A stretch of DNA of 64,000 nt, taken from assembly GCA_049602715.1 (NCBI GenBank), contig JBMYRX010000004.1, positions 514 to 64,513 of the forward strand. The letters run 5' to 3'. Position numbers and translations under genes: made by a program. This document shows, piece by piece, positions 55,775-64,000 of the stretch; within the stretch, counting starts at the first letter, position 1; every line of letters starts with the position of its first letter. This DNA comes from Paracoccaceae bacterium (GTDB lineage: Bacteria; Pseudomonadota; Alphaproteobacteria; Rhodobacterales; Rhodobacteraceae). The notes beneath the pieces are model-generated. The model was not told the origin of the DNA. It did no database searches and worked only from the letters and a program-made list of their open reading frames with translations.

Positions 55775-57073
55775 CTAAGTCTTTACCCGATGATCAATAA
55801 TGCGTACTGCCTTACCCTCAGATCTTGGAATTTCCCCAGGCTTTCTGATACTTATTGCTGTGGAGACCCCAATAACATCTTTGATTTTTGACGATAATAC
55901 CGTGGATAGCTCGTTAGCCTTACTTTCATCGAGAGCTTCCACATGAACTATCATTTGGTCTAATCGCTCAACCCTTGCCAACTCTATCTGAAAGTGAGGA
56001 GCTAAACCGTTTGTTGATAATATTTGCTCTTCAATTTGAGTTGGAAAGACGTTAACACCTCGGAGAATAATCATATCATCGGAACGGCCCGTTACTTTAT
56101 CCATTCGACGCATAGAGCGGGCTGTTCCCGGTCTTAACGTAGTCAAATCACGTGTTCTATACCGTATTAATGGAAAAGCTTCTTTTGTTAATGATGTAAA
56201 CAGTAATTCTCCATACGAGCCGTCGGGCAAACTATCCCCTGTTTTAGGCTCAATAATTTCCGGATAAAAATGATCCTCCCAAATATGAAGTCCATCTTTT
56301 GACTCAACGCACTCATTAGCTACGCCAGGGCCCATTACTTCAGACAACCCGTAGATATCGACAGCATGCATATCAAACGCACTTTCAATTTCTTTTCGCA
56401 TCGCATTTGTCCAAGGTTCAGCTCCAAAAATACCAACCTCCAATGAACACTCTCTTGGATCAAAACCACTTTTCTTAAACTCATCTAATATATTTAAAAT
56501 ATAGGATGGTGTAACCATGATTGTACTCGGACGAAAATCATTAATTAGAGTTACTTGCCGTGCAGTCATCCCCCCAGATACTGGAACAACAGTGCAGCCA
56601 AGCTCTTCGGCTCCGTAATGAGCTCCCAACCCGCCAGTAAAAAGACCGTACCCATACGCGATATGAACCATATCACCCTGTTTTGTACCGGAAGCGCGCA
56701 TTGACCTAGCCATTACTTGAGACCAAACCTGAATATCGTTTTTTGTGTATCCAACAACTGTTGGCTTTCCAGTTGTTCCTGAACTAGCATGAATACGCGA
56801 AATTTTATTCTGGGGCACCGCAAACATACCGAAGGGGTAATTATCTCTTAAATCTTGCTTCGTGGTGAAGGGAAATTTCTTTATATCCTCCAAATATTTC
56901 AAATGATCTGGGTGAGCCTCAACTGAGTCGAACTTTTTTTTATAAAATGGGACATTGTTATAGGCATGCCTAAGTGACCACTTCATTCTATCTAGTTGAA
57001 GTGAAATAATTTCATCTAAAGAGGCAACTTCGATAGGATCAAGTGTTTTGGAATTAGCTGTTAAGTCTTTCAT
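55775..57073 (-). CDS. paaK: Phenylacetate-CoA ligase
   Basis: The start is taken at ATG 57073 (MKDLTANSK...), preceded by AGGA. Motifs include SSGTTGKPT. The track start at 57202 would overlap paaI. Confidence 0.85.
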   Translation of the reverse strand: MKDLTANSKTLDPIEVASLDEIISLQLDRMKWSLRHAYNNVPFYKKKFDSVEAHPDHLKYLEDIKKFPFTTKQDLRDNYPFGMFAVPQNKISRIHASSGTTGKPTVVGYTKNDIQVWSQVMARSMRASGTKQGDMVHIAYGYGLFTGGLGAHYGAEELGCTVVPVSGGMTARQVTLINDFRPSTIMVTPSYILNILDEFKKSGFDPRECSLEVGIFGAEPWTNAMRKEIESAFDMHAVDIYGLSEVMGPGVANECVESKDGLHIWEDHFYPEIIEPKTGDSLPDGSYGELLFTSLTKEAFPLIRYRTRDLTTLRPGTARSMRRMDKVTGRSDDMIILRGVNVFPTQIEEQILSTNGLAPHFQIELARVERLDQMIVHVEALDESKANELSTVLSSKIKDVIGVSTAISIRKPGEIPRSEGKAVRIIDHRVKT

Positions 57074-57095
57074 TTTTTCCTCATAAAAATCTTTC

Positions 57096-57515
57096 TTAAA
57101 ATAAAGTGCCCTCAATTCTGCGAGAGAAACCTCGCATTTCAACACATGTTTTGCCCTCTTGATTGTTAACAGAGACATCATAAATTCCAGAACTTCGTCC
57201 ACGACTAACTTCTCGCGCTTGCGCTCTTAATGTATCCCCAAAAGAAACAGGCCTTATATAACTAATCATGTTATGTTGAGCGACACACAATTCATTATAA
57301 CTATTACAAGCAAACGCAAAGGCGCTATCTGCTAGCCCAAAACTCACGGCTCCATGGCAATTTCCATGCCCATTACAATGATGTCTTTCTATACTTAAAA
57401 TTAGTTCAGCATAACCTGGTCCAATATTTTCTATACGCATACCAAACCATTTAGAAGCGGCATCATTTTCCCACATAACCTTTGATGATTTTTCAGCAAT
57501 TTCCTGTGGATCCAT
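57096..57515 (-). CDS. paaI: Hydroxyphenylacetyl-CoA thioesterase (hotdog fold)
   Basis: The start is taken at ATG 57515 (MDPQEIAEK...), giving 139 aa. The region GHGNCHGAVSFGLADSAF is PaaI-like. The track start at 57710 overlaps paaG. Confidence 0.8.
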   Translation of the reverse strand: MDPQEIAEKSSKVMWENDAASKWFGMRIENIGPGYAELILSIERHHCNGHGNCHGAVSFGLADSAFAFACNSYNELCVAQHNMISYIRPVSFGDTLRAQAREVSRGRSSGIYDVSVNNQEGKTCVEMRGFSRRIEGTLF

Positions 57516-57516
57516 A

Positions 57517-58323
57517 CTAATTCCCTCCAAAATTTGGAACTCGTTTCTCCGAAAATGCCCGAATCCCCTCTTTATAATCATTAGTTCGACCACAAATTCC
57601 TTGTGATTTCGCTTCTTGAATAAGGTGATCATTAAAATCTTGATTTGCCGCAGATTGGATGTTCTCTTTAGTAAGTCCCAATCCAACACTAGCACCACTT
57701 GCCAATTCAACGCCTATTTTTTTTGCCTCTTTAAGAAACTCGTTTTCTGGATATGTTTTCCAAATTAATCCCCATTCCTCTGCCTGTTTGGCACTCACCG
57801 GACAGGCCGTCATAGTCAAGGCCTTTGCACGAGCTTCACCAACTAGACGAGGTAAAAGCCAACTGCCACCTGCATCCGGAACAAGTCCCACTTTTGAAAA
57901 ACTTTGGATAAATCTAGCGGTTTCATTAGCTATAACTATATCACAAGCCAAGGCTAGGTTTGCTCCAGCTCCTGCCGCTACTCCATTTACTGCGCAAATA
58001 ACAGGCTTATTGATAGCACGTATAAGAGTGACGAGAGGATTATAGAAGTTGGTTAATGTTTTCTCTAAATCAGGTTCCTCAGTAAGCTTATCGGGATGGC
58101 GATCTCCTAAATCTTGGCCTGCACAAAAAGCCCTGCCAGAGCCCGAAATCATTATTGCACGGACTTTATCGTCATCTCGAGCAATCTCTAAACAGTCATA
58201 TAGGTTTTTGTGCATTTCAATATTAAACGCATTTAATTTCTCAGGTCGATTTAAGTAAATTTCGAGTAACTTACTATCTAACTTTTTTATAATTGTACCA
58301 GAATTACTCATATTATTTTCCAT
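57517..58323 (-). CDS. paaG: 1,2-epoxyphenylacetyl-CoA isomerase (crotonase family)
   Basis: 268 aa with close motif agreement to E. coli PaaG: FCAGQDL.DR, FYNPLV, KPVICAVNGVAAGAGA.LAL, GGSWLLPR. Confidence 0.8.
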   Translation of the reverse strand: MENNMSNSGTIIKKLDSKLLEIYLNRPEKLNAFNIEMHKNLYDCLEIARDDDKVRAIMISGSGRAFCAGQDLGDRHPDKLTEEPDLEKTLTNFYNPLVTLIRAINKPVICAVNGVAAGAGANLALACDIVIANETARFIQSFSKVGLVPDAGGSWLLPRLVGEARAKALTMTACPVSAKQAEEWGLIWKTYPENEFLKEAKKIGVELASGASVGLGLTKENIQSAANQDFNDHLIQEAKSQGICGRTNDYKEGIRAFSEKRVPNFGGN

Positions 58324-58328
58324 TTTGA

Positions 58329-59396
58329 CTAGTGAATTTCATCATACGTTATTGTGATCGTCTCTGAAGTGGGTCGTAGTTGACAACTTAAAGCAAATCC
58401 TGCTTGGACTTCATAATCTTCTAAAGAATGATTTACTTCCATCTCGCCACTCCCCTCAACAATTTTACAACGACATGAAGAACATATTCCACCCAAACAG
58501 GAATATGGAGCATCTAGATTGGACTTTCTCGCCGCGTCTAAAAGTGATTGGTTAGAATTCAAGGAAACTTTGTGTGCAACCCCATCTAAAATCACTATTG
58601 CAGTAGTTTGTTTCAGATTAGGTTTTATTGTTTTAACTGTATTTTGTTTTTTACGTTTAGTGGCGGTAAAGAGTTCGTAAAATATTTTCTGTTTACTTAC
58701 CCCCATTACTTCCAGCTTACTTTTTATATCTCTGACCATCATTTCAGGACCACATAGAAATGCACAATCTATTTTATGGCCTGCGCCCCATATATTCAGT
58801 ATACCTTCAAGTTTTTCACTGGTAATTCTACCGGAAAATAGATCAATTTCTTGTTGAGTTGACGATAGCACATGAACAACAGTTAATCTCTCCAGAAAGG
58901 TATTTTTAAGATCTTCAATTCGTTCCCTAAACATAATGCTGGCGGGCGTTTTATTACCATAAATAAGGGTTACTTTAGAATTTAAATCTTTTGATAAGAA
59001 TGTTTCTACATGACTAATCACGGGTGTAATTCCACTTCCAGCTGCAACTCCTAGCATATGTGAAGAGTTATCTTTTAATGGAAGAGTAAAATTTCCAGAA
59101 GGCGGAAGTACATCTAACACATCCCCAACTTTTAAATTTTGATTAGCAAATGCCGAAAATGCACCGCCATCGACTTCTTTCACCCCTATTTTTAAGTCTT
59201 CAGAGCCTTCAGGCGTACATATTGAATAACATCTACGAAGGCTTTCTCCATCAAACTCATGTTGAATTGTAACGTACTGCCCGGCCCGGAATTGAAATAG
59301 ACTCTTCAATTCATCCTTTAGCCCTAACGTCACAATAACTGACTTGGAAGTTCCTCGTTCGATATGTTTCACCGGCAATGAATGCAATTTCTTCAT
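58329..59396 (-). CDS. paaE: Phenylacetyl-CoA epoxidase reductase subunit
   Basis: The start is taken at ATG 59396 (MKKLHSLPV...), giving 355 aa. It has an FNR-like domain (RCYS, GSGITP) and a C-terminal plant-type 2Fe-2S motif (C..GICSSCRC). Confidence 0.85.
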   Translation of the reverse strand: MKKLHSLPVKHIERGTSKSVIVTLGLKDELKSLFQFRAGQYVTIQHEFDGESLRRCYSICTPEGSEDLKIGVKEVDGGAFSAFANQNLKVGDVLDVLPPSGNFTLPLKDNSSHMLGVAAGSGITPVISHVETFLSKDLNSKVTLIYGNKTPASIMFRERIEDLKNTFLERLTVVHVLSSTQQEIDLFSGRITSEKLEGILNIWGAGHKIDCAFLCGPEMMVRDIKSKLEVMGVSKQKIFYELFTATKRKKQNTVKTIKPNLKQTTAIVILDGVAHKVSLNSNQSLLDAARKSNLDAPYSCLGGICSSCRCKIVEGSGEMEVNHSLEDYEVQAGFALSCQLRPTSETITITYDEIH

Positions 59397-59406
59397 AATT
59401 ATAACC

Positions 59407-59862
59407 CTAAAGACATTTAAAGTAATTAAAAGGCTCGAGGCAATCTTCGCAACGCCATAAGGATTGACAAGGCGTAGAACCAAACTGACTAATTTGAGAT
59501 ATATTTTTACTTTTACATTGTGGGCATTCTTTTGGGCCAGATGAGCTAGTGCTGGGCGGTGCAATACCATATTCGAGTAGCTTTTTTCTCCCTTCATCAC
59601 TCATCCAATCGGTCGTCCAATTGGGCGTGAGAACATTTTGAATATTAAACTTTTCTACCTCTGCATTTTTTAAAGCGTCCGATATCATTTCTTTAATAAT
59701 GCTAGTAGCGGGGCAACCTGAGTAGGTTGGGGTTACATCAATTTCAAAACCAAAAGCTCCGAGCCGTATATCACGAATAACACCTAAATCTCCAAGAGTT
59801 AGTACGGGAATCTCTGGATCTGGTACAGCTTCAACAATTGATCTAATCGAAACAATATCCAT
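59407..59862 (-). CDS. paaD: Phenylacetyl-CoA epoxidase subunit PaaD
   Basis: 151 aa with DPEIPVLTLGDLGV (Fe-S assembly SUF-like domain) and a C-terminal Cys cluster. Confidence 0.8.
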   Translation of the reverse strand: MDIVSIRSIVEAVPDPEIPVLTLGDLGVIRDIRLGAFGFEIDVTPTYSGCPATSIIKEMISDALKNAEVEKFNIQNVLTPNWTTDWMSDEGRKKLLEYGIAPPSTSSSGPKECPQCKSKNISQISQFGSTPCQSLWRCEDCLEPFNYFKCL

Positions 59863-59865
59863 ATA

Positions 59866-60618
59866 TCACCACTCACAATTTGGAAAAGAGCGCTGGAGGT
59901 ATTGCATTTCAGCCAAGATGAACCCTAATTCCTCTGTGTGGTGCCCTATGTTTGCCCCTTTATGGAAAAACCTATTATCAGGAACGTTCAATGAGGCCAA
60001 TTTACAGTCACCCGATATGGTTCCCAGAATAGTTTCTCTTAATGAGGATGGTAGCGGAGAAATCCCAAGATCAAAAAGTTTTTTGTCCAAATCAGAATCT
60101 TCAAATAAATTTCCAAAGTAAGGCCAGAGAGAATCTATCGCTGACTGGATTTTAGTGTGACTTTCTTCAGTGCCGTATCCTAATTTAATAATTAAATTAC
60201 GAGATCTTTCCCGATGGTATTCAACTTCTACCAAAGCCTTTGATGAAATTTCAACTATCGTTGAATCAGTTCCTACTTTTAAATGATTGAGCTGCTCGAG
60301 ATGCCAAACATCGAAAAAATATTGCCTAACTAAAGTTACTGCAAAGTCTGAATTTGGTCGCTCACATAGTAATGAATTACGAAAATCAATGGCATCACGC
60401 AAAAAAGCGAGTTTATCAGCCGTCTGACCGTTTCCGTCTAGACTTGCCACAAAATTTAACCACATTTGAGCATGCCCCATCAAATCTAAAGATACGTTCG
60501 CAAATGCTATATCTTCCTCTAGTGTTGGGGTATGCCCGCACCACTTTGAGTTTTGTTGTGCTAATATCAAAGCATTATCACCCATTTTCAGCGCTAAAGA
60601 TCGGCGAGGGTCTATCAT
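59866..60618 (-). CDS. paaC: Phenylacetyl-CoA epoxidase subunit PaaC
   Basis: 250 aa, ferritin-like, positioned between paaB and paaD. Confidence 0.8.
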   Translation of the reverse strand: MIDPRRSLALKMGDNALILAQQNSKWCGHTPTLEEDIAFANVSLDLMGHAQMWLNFVASLDGNGQTADKLAFLRDAIDFRNSLLCERPNSDFAVTLVRQYFFDVWHLEQLNHLKVGTDSTIVEISSKALVEVEYHRERSRNLIIKLGYGTEESHTKIQSAIDSLWPYFGNLFEDSDLDKKLFDLGISPLPSSLRETILGTISGDCKLASLNVPDNRFFHKGANIGHHTEELGFILAEMQYLQRSFPNCEW

Positions 60619-60899
60619 ATTTTTTCGACCTCATCTGGAATTTGATAAAAGCTTGGGTGACGATAAACTTTATCCTTGGATGCCTCAAAGAGAGGCCCCT
60701 TTTTTGAAGGAATGGATGCTGTTATTTGACTCGACTGGACCACCCAAATGCTTAGACCTTCATTACGCCTGGTGTAAACGTCCCTAGCATTATTCATAGC
60801 AGTCTCAGAATCGGTTGCATGCAATGAACCGACATGTCTGTGTGCGGTCCCGTGTTGGCCTCTTATAAAAACCTCCCAAAGAGGCCACTCTTCATTCAT
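60615..60899 (-). CDS. paaB: Phenylacetyl-CoA epoxidase subunit PaaB
   Basis: 94 aa. The sequence WPLWEVFIR...G..H.HVGSLHA.D...A is the characteristic PaaB signature. Confidence 0.85.
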   Translation of the reverse strand: MNEEWPLWEVFIRGQHGTAHRHVGSLHATDSETAMNNARDVYTRRNEGLSIWVVQSSQITASIPSKKGPLFEASKDKVYRHPSFYQIPDEVEKI

Positions 60900-60908
60900 T
60901 GAAATACC

Positions 60909-61901
60909 TCATTCAGCTGCTATTTTTTCAGATATAATTCTTTTGGAGTTCGCAGTTAATCCATTACGAAACCACTCTCCATCATCCCAGGCTTTATTTC
61001 GGGCATTTAATCTTTCTGCGTTACAGGGCCCATTACCACTTATTACCTCGAAAAATTCGTCCCAATTTGGTTGAGAAAATTCATATTGCTTCGTCTTTGA
61101 ATTAAATTTGAGGCCCTTATCTGGAATTTTCAATCCAAGATAATCAGCTTGAGGCACAGTCTGATCGACAAATTTTTGCCTTAACTCATCATTATAATTA
61201 ATCTTGATCTTCCAGGCCATAGATTGGGCAGAGTGAACACTTTTATTATCTGAGGGACCAAACATCATAAGTGATGGATACCAAAATCGGTTAAGTGAAT
61301 CTTGAGCCATTTGTTTTTGGTCCTTAGACCCAAAAGCCATCTTCATCATCAAATGGTAACCCTGTCTTTGATGAAAACTCTCCTCTTTACAAATACGAAC
61401 CATCGCACGCGCGTAAGGTCCAAAAGATGTTTTTTGTAATGGGACTTGGTTCATAATTGCCGCGCCATCTACCAGCCAACCGATTGCTCCCATATCTGCC
61501 CAATTTAAAGTTGGATAATTAAAAATTGACGAGTACTTAGCTCTACCCGTCAATAGCTCCATAGTCATTTCGTCACGAGATTTTCCAAGAGTTTCAGCGG
61601 CTGAATATAAGTATAACCCGTGGCCTGCTTCATCCTGCACCTTAGCTAATAAGATCGCCTTTCGTTCCAACGTAGGCGCTCTACTGATCCAATTCCCTTC
61701 AGGTAGCTGACCTACAATTTCGGAATGAGCATGTTGACCCATTTGCCTGATTAGTGTTTTGCGGTATTCATCCGGCATCCAATCCTTGGGTTCAATCTTT
61801 TCACCTCTGTCAATTCGCTCTTGAAATTCACGCTCTTTTGCACCCATTTCATCCAGAAGCTTAGGTTTTTTGCCAGTTGAACTGATATTTTGTGCGTACA
61901 T
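60909..61901 (-). CDS. paaA: Phenylacetyl-CoA epoxidase catalytic subunit PaaA
   Basis: 330 aa. It is a di-iron ferritin-like oxygenase with the motifs QDEAGH and EESFH. Confidence 0.9.
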   Translation of the reverse strand: MYAQNISSTGKKPKLLDEMGAKEREFQERIDRGEKIEPKDWMPDEYRKTLIRQMGQHAHSEIVGQLPEGNWISRAPTLERKAILLAKVQDEAGHGLYLYSAAETLGKSRDEMTMELLTGRAKYSSIFNYPTLNWADMGAIGWLVDGAAIMNQVPLQKTSFGPYARAMVRICKEESFHQRQGYHLMMKMAFGSKDQKQMAQDSLNRFWYPSLMMFGPSDNKSVHSAQSMAWKIKINYNDELRQKFVDQTVPQADYLGLKIPDKGLKFNSKTKQYEFSQPNWDEFFEVISGNGPCNAERLNARNKAWDDGEWFRNGLTANSKRIISEKIAAE

Positions 61902-61964
61902 GTATGTATATCCTAACTTAAGGAAAAAAATTTTAAAAATAAATTATCACAAAAAATATAATAA

Positions 61965-61978
61965 ACCGTCCGGTCGGT
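61965..61978. promoter_or_regulatory. Candidate PaaR operator
   Basis: ACCGtcCGgtCGGT lies 64-77 nt upstream of the paaA start. It matches the ACCG-NN-CG-NN-CGGT core of the palindromic operator reported for TetR-type PaaR in Corynebacterium glutamicum. Confidence 0.55.
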
Positions 61979-62004
61979 CAACTATTAAAGTAAAAAAGTC
62001 AAAT

Positions 62005-63006
62005 TTATTGGCTATACATACTTTTTCGTATTTTTTTAACGCGCTCTGTAGCTTCAGGACTGCCATCATGATACGATCCAAACCAATTATCCCACGGCAT
62101 TTCGGTGTTTCCATAGTTACACTCGAAGTACCGATGGTGAAGCTGATGATGAAAGGTCCCAATTTTAAGGTGTGTTTTATCACCCAAGACTAAATTCTCG
62201 TATCCAGAGTGTGACGTCGCGGTTGCTAAAGCGAGCCAATAACCCATAAATAAAAAATGAATTGGATGCGAAGGAATAATTAAAAATATTAACAATAAAC
62301 TCATATAAGCCAAAACTTCAATTGGATGCATAGAGAATCCTGACCAAGGTCCAATCGAAATACTACGATGATGAACGGAATGGACACGCTTATAAATCCA
62401 GGGAATATGTAGCGTTCTATGAACCCAGTAAAAATGAAAAGATTGAATTGCCGGCATAATCAAGAAAAGCATGAAAAACCAAATTGGGTGGTTCGAGAAA
62501 GTTATTAGCGGCGCCCACCCATTAGCGAAGCCGAACCAAACAATAACATCATAAAATGTCCATATTGTTACACCAGAAAGTAGAGTATAAGTTACATTAT
62601 CCCAATATTGGTCATGCCATAAAAATACCCTATTTTTTTTTGCCAAACTACGGCGATCATATTTAAATTCATCTTTTTGTTTTTTCCAGCCATACAACCA
62701 AAGATGAAGACCTTGAGCAAAAATAGTCATAAGAATAATATTACGTGCCCAGAGCTGAAGCACCCAACCCCATTCAAGCACTCTCATCTGCTCTAACGAA
62801 GGAACTAGAAAAAACCAAACACCCACTGCTAGCAATGCATAAATCAAAGACTCTGTTATAGGCAACCAATAAAGTGTAAACCATTTTAACGTGGCAATAG
62901 GCTTTAGTGGCCACGAGAAAATCGGACTGACGGCAACAGGATAATCTGGATGCCAATTCCACTCTTTGCTTTCACCGGCCTTTAAATGAGGTAAGTCCGA
63001 TCCCAT
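62005..63006 (-). CDS. Fatty acid hydroxylase / sterol desaturase-family membrane protein
   Basis: 333 aa with histidine boxes HRTLH, HSVHHR and HHQLHH, plus several TM helices. Confidence 0.8.
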   Translation of the reverse strand: MGSDLPHLKAGESKEWNWHPDYPVAVSPIFSWPLKPIATLKWFTLYWLPITESLIYALLAVGVWFFLVPSLEQMRVLEWGWVLQLWARNIILMTIFAQGLHLWLYGWKKQKDEFKYDRRSLAKKNRVFLWHDQYWDNVTYTLLSGVTIWTFYDVIVWFGFANGWAPLITFSNHPIWFFMLFLIMPAIQSFHFYWVHRTLHIPWIYKRVHSVHHRSISIGPWSGFSMHPIEVLAYMSLLLIFLIIPSHPIHFLFMGYWLALATATSHSGYENLVLGDKTHLKIGTFHHQLHHRYFECNYGNTEMPWDNWFGSYHDGSPEATERVKKIRKSMYSQ

Positions 63007-63265
63007 AAACAGCTCCTAAAAAAACAAACGATAATATTTTACTATCACTTTCCTCTTCAAATAGTTTAACTTTCCCGACGTTTTCTGTCGCTATTACTCA
63101 AAATTAAATTATTAAGGATTTCTAATTATATTTATAAGAAATTCATTCTAACTCTTCAGGGAAATATAAAACTATATTTAACTTATAATACAAACGGTTC
63201 TGTGTTATCAAAAAAATTCTCTAATAAAATAGCGAGACCAGTTCTAATTAACTTTAGGAGTTAAA

Positions 63266-64000
63266 TTGACACAACGAGTAGGATGGCAGACATTAATAGG
63301 TTCTTCGTTAATTATGTCTTTTGCTCTTCTAGGCGATGCGTTAATTTATGCAGTTTTACCAATTTATGCTGAAGATTTTGGAGTTACCATGCCAATGGTG
63401 GGTATACTCCTATCGATTAATAGGTTCGTACGCGTATTCACCTATGGGATAATAAGTAACCTAGTTAACACATATGGAATGCGCTCAATGTGTATTGTTG
63501 CTGCTTTAATGGCAACCAGCAGCACAGCCATTTACGGCTTAAGCAATGGTTTCTTACCATTATTTCTTGCGCGTATAGTATGGGGAATAGCCTATGCTAT
63601 ACTTGTTTTATCTACCTTAGCCTACGCCATTCAATATAGGGCTAAGGCTGGTACACGGGTTGGTACAAGTCAAGCCATTCAACGCCTTGGCCCTATTTTG
63701 TCACTACTTCTTGGAACTTGGCTTGTAACTCAAGTGGGACCCAGTAAAGTTTTTTTATTATTGGCCATTCCAACTTCGCTTGGCATAATTATCGGTCTCT
63801 ATTTACCTAAATATGAAACTCCTAACAAAAAAGTTGAAAAGACTAAGCATAAAATCGCAAAACCAACTCTTTTAGATATTTTGTTTTTCTTGCAAGGATA
63901 TGGCGTTGATGGACTTTTTGCTGTGACTGTAACATTAATGCTCGCTAAAACTAATGACTTTAACATTGCCATTTTAGGAGGTGGTACTTTATTGGCTCTA
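63266..64000 (+). CDS. MFS-type transporter, N-terminal part (runs off the right window edge)
   Basis: A TTG start at 63266 lies 5 nt after AGGAG. The frame stays open for 245 codons to the window end, and the translation is hydrophobic (…LIGSSLIMSFALLGDALIYAVLPIYAEDFG…). It is absent from the track because no stop codon is reached. Confidence 0.65.
   Translation, partial: MTQRVGWQTLIGSSLIMSFALLGDALIYAVLPIYAEDFGVTMPMVGILLSINRFVRVFTYGIISNLVNTYGMRSMCIVAALMATSSTAIYGLSNGFLPLFLARIVWGIAYAILVLSTLAYAIQYRAKAGTRVGTSQAIQRLGPILSLLLGTWLVTQVGPSKVFLLLAIPTSLGIIIGLYLPKYETPNKKVEKTKHKIAKPTLLDILFFLQGYGVDGLFAVTVTLMLAKTNDFNIAILGGGTLLAL

Noticed and set aside
57074-59600. Long N-terminal extensions of the track ORFs for paaK (to 57202), paaI (to 57710) and paaE (to 59600)
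   Set aside because: Each extension overlaps the 3' end of the upstream paa gene. Internal ATGs at 57073, 57515 and 59396 give canonical lengths and non-overlapping, tightly packed genes.
1-64000. Search for CRISPR arrays, tRNA/rRNA genes, transposases, integrases, toxin-antitoxin pairs or known defence genes
   Set aside because: Every intergenic gap is under ~440 bp and none contains spaced direct repeats or cloverleaf-like sequence. Every long ORF has a metabolic, transport, regulatory or translational assignment.

Overview
This is a gene-dense, AT-rich chromosomal segment. Alphaproteobacterial-type housekeeping genes sit at the left edge (tsf, partial, and rpsB). The remaining ~60 kb is almost entirely transport and catabolic genes. 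In order these are:
- pseudouridine catabolism (psuK/psuG-like)
- an orphan family-5 solute-binding protein
- a TRAP transporter followed by bdhA and an acyl-CoA ligase
- a gamma-glutamyltransferase and M20 peptidase island
- an OYE reductase and a flavin monooxygenase
- an IclR-led ~11.6-kb operon with two hydantoinase/oxoprolinase-family A/B sets
- a Dpp-type ABC operon with accessory enzymes
- Dcp peptidase
- a NicX-like/NicD-like/ACAD-fold/ligase cluster
- an amidohydrolase, MlrC and AhpD group
- a phenylacetate operon, paaABCDE-G-I-K-R

I found no rRNA, tRNA, CRISPR array, transposase, integrase, phage gene or recognisable defence gene. I therefore cannot point to a clear-cut new system.

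The signals most worth a second look are:
1. A seemingly perfect 1675-bp tandem direct repeat. It gives two hyuB-like genes with identical catalytic cores and divergent C-terminal tails.
2. The double hyuA/hyuB + SDR operon itself, whose substrate is unknown.
3. A TRAP large permease fused to a ~330-aa hydrophilic tail, paired with an unusually long small subunit.
4. A ~90-bp promoter/operator module repeated 302 bp apart, flanking a LivF-like gene relic.
5. An orphan intrinsic terminator that may mark a small RNA.
6. A NicX-like ring-cleavage cluster linked to CoA-type enzymes.
7. A PaaR-type operator upstream of paaA.

All functional calls rest on reading the translated ORFs against remembered family motifs. 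No database search was run.
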